From assembly GCF_009914755.1 (NCBI RefSeq), contig NC_060938.1: a stretch of DNA of 64,000 nt; one strand, written 5' to 3'. The position numbers and the translations under genes are program-made. Of this stretch, positions 1 to 9,700 are shown piece by piece; the first letter of the stretch is position 1; each line of letters opens with the position of its first letter. The notes under the pieces are model-generated. The model worked only from the letters and a program-made list of their open reading frames with translations. It was not told the origin of the DNA and ran no database searches. The stretch comes from the human T2T-CHM13v2.0 reference genome, Homo sapiens.

Positions 1-150
1 CCACTACCCTCCACTTCATACCATCCAATTCCATCCCATTCCATTCCATTCCGCTCCACTCCACTCCGCTCCGCTCCACTCTGCTCTGCTCTGCTCCACT
101 CCACTCCACTCCATTTCATTCCACTGTATTCCATTCCATTCCTTACGTTC

Positions 151-206
151 GACAGGATCTCACTCTGTCACCCAGTCTGGAGCGCAGTGGCAGAATCTCA
201 GCTCAC
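151..206 (-). mobile_element. Alu right-arm 3' fragment, cassette 1
   Basis: gacaggatctcactctgtcacccagtctggagcgcagtggcagaatctcagctcac matches the antisense Alu 3' end (GAGACAGAGTCTCGCTCTGTCGCCCAGGCTGGAGTGCAGTGGCGCGATCTCGGCTCAC). Confidence 0.85.
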
Positions 207-547
207 ATTTCATTTCACTATTCCATTCCATTGCATTCCATTCCATTCCATTCCATTCCCCTCCACCCCTCTCCACTGCACTCCACTCCACTCCATTCCA
301 TTACATTCCATTCCACTCAATTCCACTCCAGTCCACTCCATTCCGTCCCACTCCATTCCACTCCACACCATTCCATTCCATCCCACTCCATTCCACTCCA
401 CACCATTCCATTCCATTCCACTCCATTCTGCTCCACTCCACTCCACTCCACTGCACTCCATTCCATTAAATTCCATCCCATTCCATTCCACTCCACATCA
501 ATCCATGCATCTCCACTCCACTAAATTCCATTCCATACCATTCTTTC

Positions 548-603
548 AACAGGATCTCACTCTGTCATCCAGGCTGGCGTGCAGTGGCACAAACTCAGCT
601 CAC
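548..603 (-). mobile_element. Alu 3' fragment, cassette 2
   Basis: aacaggatctcactctgtcatccaggctggcgtgcagtggcacaaactcagctcac. Confidence 0.85.
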
Positions 604-919
604 ATTTCATTTAACCATTTAATTCCATTCCATTCCATTCCATTCCATTCCATTCCATTCCATACCATTCCATACCATTCCATTCCATTCTATTCCACTC
701 TACTCCACTCCAATCCACTCCACTCCACTCCACTCCACTCCATGTCATTTCCATCCATCCCATTCCATTCCACTCCATTCCACCCTACTCGACTCAAATT
801 CACTCCACCCCACTCCACTACAAGCCATTCCATTCCATCCCATTTCATTCCACTCCATTCCACTCGACTCCACTCCACTCCATTCAATTCCATCCCATTC
901 TATTCCATTCCTTTCTTTC

Positions 920-976
920 GACGGGATCTCACTGTGTCAAAAAACGCTGGAACACAGTGGAACAATCTCAGCTCAC
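920..976 (-). mobile_element. Alu 3' fragment, cassette 3 (diverged, internal A-run)
   Basis: gacgggatctcactgtgtcaaaaaacgctggaacacagtggaacaatctcagctcac. Confidence 0.75.
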
Positions 977-1371
977 ATTTCATTTCACCATTCCTTTCCA
1001 TTCCATTCCATTCCATTCCATTCCATTCCATTCCACTCCATTCCCCTCCACTCCACTCTACTCCCCTCCATTCCATTCCATTCCATTCCACTCCACTCTA
1101 TTCCACTCCAATCCAGCAAATCCATTCCACCGCAATTCACTCCACTCCACTCCACTCCATTCCATTCCATCCCATTCCATTTCACTCCATTCCTCTCCAC
1201 TCAAATCCACTCCACTCCATTCCATTCCACTCCATCCCATTCCTTTCCACTTCATTACGCTCCATTCCACTCCACTCAACTCCATTCCATTCCATTCCAT
1301 TCCATTCCATTCCATTCCATTCCATTCCATTCCATTCTAATTCACTCCCTTACATTATATTAATTTATTTC

Positions 1372-1427
1372 AACAGGATCTCACTCTGTCACAGAGGCTG
1401 GAGTGCAGTGGCACTATCTCAGCTCAC
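1372..1427 (-). mobile_element. Alu 3' fragment, cassette 4
   Basis: aacaggatctcactctgtcacagaggctggagtgcagtggcactatctcagctcac. Confidence 0.85.
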
Positions 1428-1723
1428 ATTTAATTTCAGAATTCCATTCCACTGCATTCCATTCCATTGCATTCCATGGCATTTCATTCCATTACATTCC
1501 ATTCAATTCCATTCCATCCCATTCCAAGGCACGCCTGTGAACTCCACTCCACTGCATTCCATTCTAATCCATTCCATTCCACTCCACTCCACTCCACTCC
1601 ACTCTACTCCACTCCATTCCATTCCATCCCATTCCATTCCACTCCATTCCAATATACTGCACTCCACTACACTCTATTCCATTCCATTGCATTCCAGTCC
1701 TTTCCATTCCATTCCTTTCTTTC

Positions 1724-1779
1724 AACAGGTTTTCACTCTGTCACCCATGCTGGAGTGCAGTGGCACAATCTCAGCTCAT
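1724..1779 (-). mobile_element. Alu 3' fragment, cassette 5
   Basis: aacaggttttcactctgtcacccatgctggagtgcagtggcacaatctcagctcat. Confidence 0.85.
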
Positions 1780-2190
1780 ATTTCACTTCTTCATTCCATT
1801 CTATTCCATTCCATTGCTTTCCATTCCATTCAATTCGATTCCACTACATTCCATTCCACTCCACTCCACTCCTCTTCATTCGACTCCACTCCATTCCATT
1901 CCATTAAATTCCACTCCATTCTACTCCATTCCTCTCCACCCAACTCCACTCCACTCCATTCAATTCCATCCAATTCCATGCCACTCCACTCCTCTCCCCA
2001 ACACTCCACTCCACTCCCCTCCACTTCATTCCATTCGATTCCATCCCATTCCATTCCATTTGACTCCACTCCTCTCCACTCCATTCCACTCCATTCCATT
2101 CCTTTCGTTTCCCCTCCATTCCATTCCACTCCACTCCACTCCATTCCATTCCATTCCATTCCACTCCATTCCGTTCCATTCCTCACATTC

Positions 2191-2246
2191 GACAGGATGT
2201 CTCTCGGTCACCCAGTCTGGAGTGCAGTGGCAGAATCTCAGCTTAC
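2191..2246 (-). mobile_element. Alu 3' fragment, cassette 6
   Basis: gacaggatgtctctcggtcacccagtctggagtgcagtggcagaatctcagcttac; shares the cagtctgg and cagaatc variants with cassette 1. Confidence 0.8.
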
Positions 2247-2472
2247 ATTTCATTTCACTATTCCATTCCATTCCATTCCATTTCATTCCATTCCACTCCA
2301 TTCCATTCCATTCCACTGCACTCCACTCCACTCCATTCCATTCCATTCCATTCCACGCCAGTCCACCCTATTCCACTCCAATCCACTCCATTCCATTCCA
2401 CTCCATTCCACTCCACACCACTCCACTACAATCAACTCCACTCCACTCCATTCCATTCCATTACTTTCTTTT

Positions 2473-2528
2473 GATAGCATCTCAACCTGTCAACAAGACT
2501 GGCGGGCAGTGGCACAAACTCAGCTCAC
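2473..2528 (-). mobile_element. Alu 3' fragment, cassette 7 (diverged)
   Basis: gatagcatctcaacctgtcaacaagactggcgggcagtggcacaaactcagctcac. Confidence 0.72.
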
Positions 2529-2854
2529 ATTTCATTTCACCACTCCATTCCATTCTATTCCATTGCATTCCATTCTATTACATTCCACTGCATTCCATTC
2601 CATTCCACTCCACTCCATTCCACTCTACTGCACTCCAGTCCATTCCACTCCACCTCACTCCATGGCATTCAATTCCATCCCATTCCATTTCACTAAATTT
2701 CACTCTACTCCACTCCAATCCACTCCTCTCTACTCCACTCCATGCCATTCCTCTCCATCCCATTCCATTCCACTGCATTCCACTTGACTCCACTCCACTT
2801 CACTGCATTCCATTCCATACAATTCCACTCCATTCCATTCCATTCCTTTCTTTC

Positions 2855-2910
2855 CGCAGGAGCTCACTCTGTCACAAAGGCTGGAGTGCAGCGGCACAAT
2901 CTCAGCTCAA
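2855..2910 (-). mobile_element. Alu 3' fragment, cassette 8
   Basis: cgcaggagctcactctgtcacaaaggctggagtgcagcggcacaatctcagctcaa. Confidence 0.8.
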
Positions 2911-3131
2911 ATTTCTTTTCACCATTCCATTGCATTCCATTCCATCCAATTCCATTCCACCCTATTTACCTCTAGTCCACTCCACTCCATTCCATTTCAC
3001 TCCATCCCATTCCATTCGACTCCATTTCACTCCACTCCACTCCACTCCACTCCACTCCACTCCACTCCACTCCCCTCCACTCCATTCCATTCCATTCCAT
3101 TTAACTCCATTGCATTCCATTCCTTTCTTTC

Positions 3132-3187
3132 AACAGGATATCACTGTGTCACCCAGGCTGGAGGGCAGTGGCACAATCACAGCTCAC
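3132..3187 (-). mobile_element. Alu 3' fragment, cassette 9
   Basis: aacaggatatcactgtgtcacccaggctggagggcagtggcacaatcacagctcac. Confidence 0.82.
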
Positions 3188-3573
3188 ATTACATGTCAAC
3201 TTTCCATTGCATTGCATTCCATTCCATTCAATTACATTCCATTCCACTTCATTCCACACCACTCCACGCCACTCTACTCCACTGCATTCCATTACATCCG
3301 ATTCCATTCCACTCAATTCCACTCCTCTCCACTCCACTGCACTCCACTACACTCCATTCCACTCCATCCCAATCCATTCGGCTCCATTCCACTGAACCCC
3401 ACTCTGTTCCATTCCATTGAACTCCACTCCTCTCCATTCCACTGAACTCCACTGCATCCCACTCCACTCCACTTCATTCCATTCCATTCCATCCCATTCT
3501 ATTCCTCGCCATTCCACTCCACTCCAGTCCACTCCATTCCATTGCACTGCATTCCATTCCATTCCTTCCTTTC

Positions 3574-3629
3574 GAGGGTATCTCACTCTGTGACCCAGCC
3601 TGGAGCACAGTGGCACAGTCTCAGCTCAC
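3574..3629 (-). mobile_element. Alu 3' fragment, cassette 10
   Basis: gagggtatctcactctgtgacccagcctggagcacagtggcacagtctcagctcac. Confidence 0.8.
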
Positions 3630-3839
3630 ATTTCGTTTCTCCACTCCATTCCATTCCACTCCATTCCATTCCACTCCAATCCAATCCACTCCACTCCACT
3701 CCAATCCATGCCACTACACTCCACTCCTCTCCATTCCAGTGCACTCCACACCTGTCCATTCCATCCCATTCCATTCCACTCCTTTCCACTCCACTCCATT
3801 CCATTCCATTCAACTCCACTCCATTCCATTCTTTCTTTT

Positions 3840-3895
3840 GACAGTATCTCACTCTGTCACTCAGACTGGTGTGCAGTGACACAAAAACAGCTCAC
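3840..3895 (-). mobile_element. Alu 3' fragment, cassette 11
   Basis: gacagtatctcactctgtcactcagactggtgtgcagtgacacaaaaacagctcac. Confidence 0.78.
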
Positions 3896-4052
3896 ATTTC
3901 ATTTCACGATTCCATTCCATTCCATTCCAATCCATTCCATTCCATTCCATTCCACTGCACTCCACTCCACTCCAATCAATTCCACTCCATTCCACTTCCA
4001 TCCATTCCTTTCCATTCCATTCCAATCCCTTCCATTCCACTCCCTTTCCTTC

Positions 4053-4108
4053 GACAGGATCTCCCTCTGTCACACAGGCTGTAGTGCAGTGGCACAATCT
4101 CAGCACAC
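4053..4108 (-). mobile_element. Alu 3' fragment, cassette 12
   Basis: gacaggatctccctctgtcacacaggctgtagtgcagtggcacaatctcagcacac. Confidence 0.83.
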
Positions 4109-4329
4109 ATTTCTTTTCACCATTCCATTGCATTCCATTCCATTCCATTCCATTCCATTCCACTCCACTCCTCTCCACTCTTTTCCACTCGACTCCACTC
4201 CATTCCGTTCCACTCTACTCCACTCCCCTCCATTTCATTCCATCCCATTCCATTCCACTCCTTTCCACTCCACTCCACTGAACTGCCTTCCATTCCATTC
4301 CATGCCATTCCATTCCAATATTTTCTTTT

Positions 4330-4385
4330 GACAGGATCTCACTCTGTCACCGAGGCTGGAGTGCAGTGGCACAATCTCAGATCAC
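4330..4385 (-). mobile_element. Alu 3' fragment, cassette 13
   Basis: gacaggatctcactctgtcaccgaggctggagtgcagtggcacaatctcagatcac; closest to the cassette consensus. Confidence 0.88.
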
Positions 4386-4540
4386 ATTTCATTTCACCAT
4401 TCCATTCCATTCCATTCCAATACATTCCATTCCATTCCATTCATTCCATTCTATTCCATTCCCCTCCATTCCGTTCCATTCCACTCCACTCCACTCCATT
4501 TTATTCCATTCTACTCCATTCCATTGCATTCCTTTATTTT

Positions 4541-4596
4541 GAATGGATCTCACACTGTCAAAAAGACTGGAGTGCAGTGGCAAAATCTTAGCTCAC
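4541..4596 (-). mobile_element. Alu 3' fragment, cassette 14
   Basis: gaatggatctcacactgtcaaaaagactggagtgcagtggcaaaatcttagctcac. Confidence 0.75.
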
Positions 4597-5087
4597 ATTT
4601 CATTTTTCCATTCCATTCCATTCCATTCCATTCCATTCCATTCCATTCCATTCCATTCCATTCCATTCCACTCGACTCCACTCCACTCCATTCCATTCCA
4701 CTCCACTCCACTTCACTCCACTCCATTCCATTCCATTAAATTCCATTACATTCCAGTCCACTCCACTCCATGCCACCCCATTACACTCCACTCCACTCTA
4801 CTCCATTCCACTCCACTCCTTTAGGTTACACTCCATTCCACTTCATGCCACTCCATTCCACTGCACTCCTCTCCACTCCCCTCCATTTTACTCCACTCCA
4901 CTCCATTCCATTCCACTCCACTCCACTCCACTCCATTCCATTCCATTCCAATCCATTCCACTCCATTCTATTCCACTCGACTCCACTCCAATCCATTCCA
5001 CTCCACTCCATTCCATTCCACTCCACTCGAATCCAGTCCACTCCACTCCATTCCATTCTATGACATTCCATTCCATTGCTTTATTTT

Positions 5088-5143
5088 GACTGGATCTCAC
5101 TCTGTCACCCAGACTGGAGTGCAGTGGCACAATGTTAGCTCAC
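5088..5143 (-). mobile_element. Alu 3' fragment, cassette 15
   Basis: gactggatctcactctgtcacccagactggagtgcagtggcacaatgttagctcac. Confidence 0.83.
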
Positions 5144-5214
5144 ATTTTACTTCACCATTCCATTCCATTCCATTCCATTCCATTCCACCCCATTCCGTTC
5201 CATTCTCTTCTTTC

Positions 5215-5271
5215 AACAGGATATCACTGTGTCAAAAAAGGCTGCAATACAGTGGCACAATCTCAGCTCAC
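5215..5271 (-). mobile_element. Alu 3' fragment, cassette 16 (A-run type)
   Basis: aacaggatatcactgtgtcaaaaaaggctgcaatacagtggcacaatctcagctcac. Confidence 0.75.
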
Positions 5272-5651
5272 ATTTTATTTCAGCATTCCATTATATTCCT
5301 TTCCTTTCCATTCCATTACATCCCACTCCACTCCATTCCATTCCACTCCAATCCCCTCCCCTCCCCTCCCCTCCCCTCCATTCCATTCCATACCATCCCA
5401 TTCCATTGCATTCTACTCCATTCCACTACACTCCAATCAACTCCACTCCATTCCACTTCACTTCAATCCACTCCACTCCATTCCATTCCATCCCATTCCA
5501 TTTCACTCCATTCCTCTCCACTCCACTCCATTAATTCCACTCAATCCTAGTGCATTCCACTCCATTCCACTCCATTCCACTCCACTCCACTCCATTCTAT
5601 TCCATTCCTTTCCATTTCACTCCATTCCATTCCATTCCGTTCCTTTCTTTC

Positions 5652-5707
5652 GACAGGATCTCACTCTGTCACCCAGGCTGTAGTGCAGTGGCACAATCTC
5701 AGCTCAT
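5652..5707 (-). mobile_element. Alu 3' fragment, cassette 17
   Basis: gacaggatctcactctgtcacccaggctgtagtgcagtggcacaatctcagctcat. Confidence 0.88.
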
Positions 5708-5888
5708 ATTTCATTTCCCCTTTCCATTTCTTTCCATTCCATTCCATTCTGTGCCATTCCACTCCACTCCACTCCACTCCACTCCACTCCACTCCACTCC
5801 ATTCCAATCCACTGCACTCCACTCCATTCCATTCCATTCCATTCCATTCCATTCCATTCAACCCCATTCCGTTCCATTCTCTTCTTTC

Positions 5889-5945
5889 AACAGGATATCA
5901 CTGTGTCAAAAAAGGCTGCAATACAGTGGTACAATCTCAGCTCAC
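5889..5945 (-). mobile_element. Alu 3' fragment, cassette 18 (near-copy of 16)
   Basis: aacaggatatcactgtgtcaaaaaaggctgcaatacagtggtacaatctcagctcac. Confidence 0.75.
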
Positions 5946-6320
5946 ATTTTATTTCAGCATTCCATTATATTCCTTTCCTTTCCATTCCATTCCATCCCAC
6001 TCCACTCCATTCCATTCCACTCCAATCCCCTCCCCTCCCCTCCCCTCCATTCCGTTCCATACCATCCCATTCCATTGCATTCCACTCCATTCCACTCCAC
6101 TCCAATCAACTCCACTCCATTCCACTTCACTTCAATCCACTCCACTCCATTCCATTCCATCCCATTCCATTTCACTCCATTCCTCTCCACTCCACTCCAT
6201 TAATTCCACTCAATCCTAGTCCATTCCTCTCCATTCCACTCCATTCCACTCCACTCCACTCCATTCTATTCCATTCCTTTCCATTTCACTCCATTCCATT
6301 CCATTCCATTCCTTTCTTTC

Positions 6321-6376
6321 GACAGGATCTCACTCTGTCACCCAGGCTGGAGTATGGTGGCACTATCTCAGTTCAC
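6321..6376 (-). mobile_element. Alu 3' fragment, cassette 19
   Basis: gacaggatctcactctgtcacccaggctggagtatggtggcactatctcagttcac. Confidence 0.83.
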
Positions 6377-6647
6377 ATTTCATTTCACCATTGCATTCCA
6401 TTCCATTGCATTCCATTCCATTCCAATCCATTCAATTCCATTCCATCCAATTCGATTCCACTCCTGTGAACTCCACTCCACTCCAATTCATTCCATTCCA
6501 TTCCATTCCATTCCATTCAATAACATTCCATTCCACTCCACTCCACTCCACTGCACTCCATCCCAATCCATTCCACTCCATTCCACTGTACTCCACTCCA
6601 ATCCATTCCATTCCATTCCACACCTTTCCATTCCATTCCTTTCTTTC

Positions 6648-6703
6648 AACAGTATTTCACTCTTTCCAACAGGCTGCAGTGCAGTGCTACAATCTCAGCT
6701 CAT
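6648..6703 (-). mobile_element. Alu 3' fragment, cassette 20 (last, diverged)
   Basis: aacagtatttcactctttccaacaggctgcagtgcagtgctacaatctcagctcat. Confidence 0.7.
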
Positions 6704-9700
6704 ATTTCACTTCATCATTCCATTCAATTCCATTCCACTACATTCCATTCCACTCCACTGCACTCCACTCCACTCCCCTCGACTCCATTCCATTGAATTT
6801 CATTCCATTCCACTTCACTATACTCCACTCCTCTCCATCCCACTCCACTCCTCTCCATCCCACTCCACTCCACTCCATTCAATTCCATCGAATTCCATAC
6901 CACTCCACTCCTCTCCCCAACCCTCCACTCCACTCCCCTCCACTTCATTCCATTCGATTCCATCCCATTCCATTCCATTCCATTCCAATCGCGTCCACTC
7001 TTCTTCACTCCACTCCATTCCATTCCACTCCACTCCACTTAATTCCACTCCATTCCTCTCCACTCCATTCCATTCCACTCTACTCCAATCCACTCCACTA
7101 CACTCCACACCATTCCATTCCAGTACACTCCATTCCATTCCATTCCATTCCAATCCACTCCTCTCAATTCCACTTCACTCCATTCCACTTCACTCCATTC
7201 CATTCCACTCCACTCCACTAAATTCCACTCCATTCCTCTCCATTACATTCCATTCCACTCCATTCTACTCCACTGCCCTCAATCCCACTACACTCCAGTC
7301 CATTCCACTCCTCTTCACTGCACTCCAGTCCATTCCACTATACTGCCTTCCATTTCATTCCATTAAACTCTATTCCACCAATTCCGTACCCTTCCATTCC
7401 ATTCCAATCCACTGCACTCCAATCCATTCCACTCTCTCAATTTCAGTCCACTCCATTCCACTGCACTCCACTCCACTTCGTTCCATTGCATTCCATTCCA
7501 TTCCATTCCACTCCACTTCTTTCCATTCCACTGCACTCCATTCCACTCCACTCCATTCCTTTCCATTCCATTCCATTCCATTCCATTCCATTCCATTCCA
7601 TTCCATTCCACTCAACTCCGTTCCAATCCATGCCATTCCATTCCATTCTACTCCACTCCACTCAATTCCACTCCACTCCATTTAATTCAATTCCATTAAA
7701 TTCTTTTCCAGTCACTCCGTTCCGCTCCACTCCACTCTACTCCATTCCATTCCACTCTACTCCATTCTACTCCAGTCCATTGCATTCCACTCCACACCAC
7801 TCTACTCCACTCCACTCCTCTCCACGCCATTCATTTCCATTCCATTCCATTCCTTTCCACTCCATTCTATTCCACTCCCCTACCTCCATTTTATTCCACT
7901 CCACTGCATTCCACTACTTTCATTCCCCTCTATTCCGTCTCATTCCATTCCATTCCATTTCATTCCACTCTATTCCACTGCACTCCATTCTACTCCACTC
8001 CACAGCACTCCACTCCATTCCACTGTATTCTGTTTCACTATACTGCATTTCCTTCCACTCCATTCCACTCCACTCCACTCCATTCCACTCCACTCCACTC
8101 CATTTCACTCCACTCCATTCCATTCTACTCAACTCCATTCCACTCCCCTCCACTCCATTCCATTCAATTCCATTCCATTGCACTCCATTCCATACCACTC
8201 CACTCCATTCAATTCCAGTCCATTTCATTACACTCCATTACACTCCATTCCATTCCACTCCACTCCACTCCAATCCACTCCTTTCCATTCCATTCCATGC
8301 CTTTCCGTTCCACTTCATTCCATTCCATTCCATTCCTTTCCACACCAATCCATTCCCCCCACTCCATTCCTTTCCAGTCCACGCCTTTCCATTCCACTCT
8401 ATTCCACTCCACACTACTCCATTCCACTGTACCCAATTCCATTCCATTCCACTCCATTCCACACAACTCAACTCCATTCCACTCCACTCCACTCCATTCC
8501 ATTCCACTCCACTCTATTCCACTCCACTCCATTCTATTCCATTCCACTCCATTCCATTCCATTCCCCTCACTCCATTTCTTTCCACTCCTTTAGACTTCA
8601 GGTCATTTCCTTCCACAACATTCAACTCTGTTCCACTCCATTCCACTCCTTTCCATTCCACTACATCCCCCTCTATTGCATTCCATTCTGCCCCATTGCA
8701 TTCCACTCCACAACATTCCACCCCATTCCACTCCATTCCATTCCAATCCACTTCACTCCACTCTACTTGACTCCACTGCAATCGATTATATTCCATTCCT
8801 TGCCCATCCATTCCTTTCCATTCAACTCTATCCATTCCACTCCTCTCCACTCCATTCCACTCCACTCCATTCCATTCCACTAAACTCCATTCCATTGCAC
8901 TCCGTTCCATTCCGTTCAACTCCATTCCATTCCACTCCAATCCATTCCATTATACTCCACTCCATTGCCTTCCATTAAACTTCATTCCTATACATTCCAT
9001 TTCATTCTGCGCCACTCCATTCCATTCCACTCCATTCCATTCCACTCCACTCCTCTCCACTCCTCTCCTTTTCACTCCATGCCATTCCATTCCTCTCTAC
9101 TACATTCCATTCCACTCCGTTCCACTCCACTCCACTCCATTCCATTCCATTCCATTAATTCCCATTTGATTCCACTCCATTCCATTCCATTCAATTCCAC
9201 GGCACTCCAATTCATTCCACTCCATTCTGTTCCATTCCACTCCACTCCACTCCATTTAATTTCATTACATTCCCCTCCCTTCCATTCCATTGCATTCCAC
9301 TAAACTCCATTCCATTGCATTCCACTCCACTCCACTCCATTTCATTTCATTCCACTAAATTCCATTCCATTTTACTCCTTTCCACTCCACTCCACCCCGT
9401 TCCATTCCACTCCACTCCACTCTACTCCACTCCACTCCATTCTACTCCATTCCACTCCATTCCATTCCATTCCACTCCATTCCATTCCTTTCCACTCTAT
9501 TTCATTCCAATCCTTTCCATTCCACTCCATTTTATTCAATTCCACTCCACTCCACTTCATTCCATTCCATCCCACACCATTCCTCTCCACTCCATTTTAT
9601 TCCTCTCCATTCCACGCCACTCCAATCTACTCCACTCCAATCTACTCCACTCCACTCCAACCCACTGCGTTCCACTCCACTCCATTCCATTCCATTCCAA

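Larger units (their letters stand above)
5186..6350 (+). repeat. Recent ~670-bp tandem duplication inside the composite satellite
   Basis: ccccattccgttccattctcttctttcaacaggatatcactgtgtcaaaaaaggctgcaatacag occurs at ~5188 and ~5862; tcaatcctagt at 5541 and 6210. ORFs 5229 and 5903 start almost identically (offset 674). Confidence 0.88.
140..6720. repeat. Composite satellite sub-domain: pentamer tracts alternating with 20 copies of a ~56-bp Alu-derived cassette
   Basis: Cassette consensus GACAGGATCTCACTCTGTCACCCAGGCTGGAGTGCAGTGGCACAATCTCAGCTCAC, usually preceded by TTCCTTTCTTTC and followed by ATTTCATTTCAC. Starts at 151, 548, 920, 1372, 1724, 2191, 2473, 2855, 3132, 3574, 3840, 4053, 4330, 4541, 5088, 5215, 5652, 5889, 6321, 6648. 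Confidence 0.92.

Noticed and set aside
151-6703. CRISPR-like pattern of a conserved repeat with variable spacers
   Set aside because: The repeat is a 56-bp Alu fragment, spacers are ~70-490 bp of low-complexity pentamer rather than unique 30-40-mers, there are no cas genes, and the context is primate satellite.
151-6703. Active or independently inserted Alu elements, or Pol III transcription units
   Set aside because: The fragments lack the left arm with the A and B boxes, have no intact poly(A) tail, show no identifiable individual target-site duplications, and all share the same endpoints.
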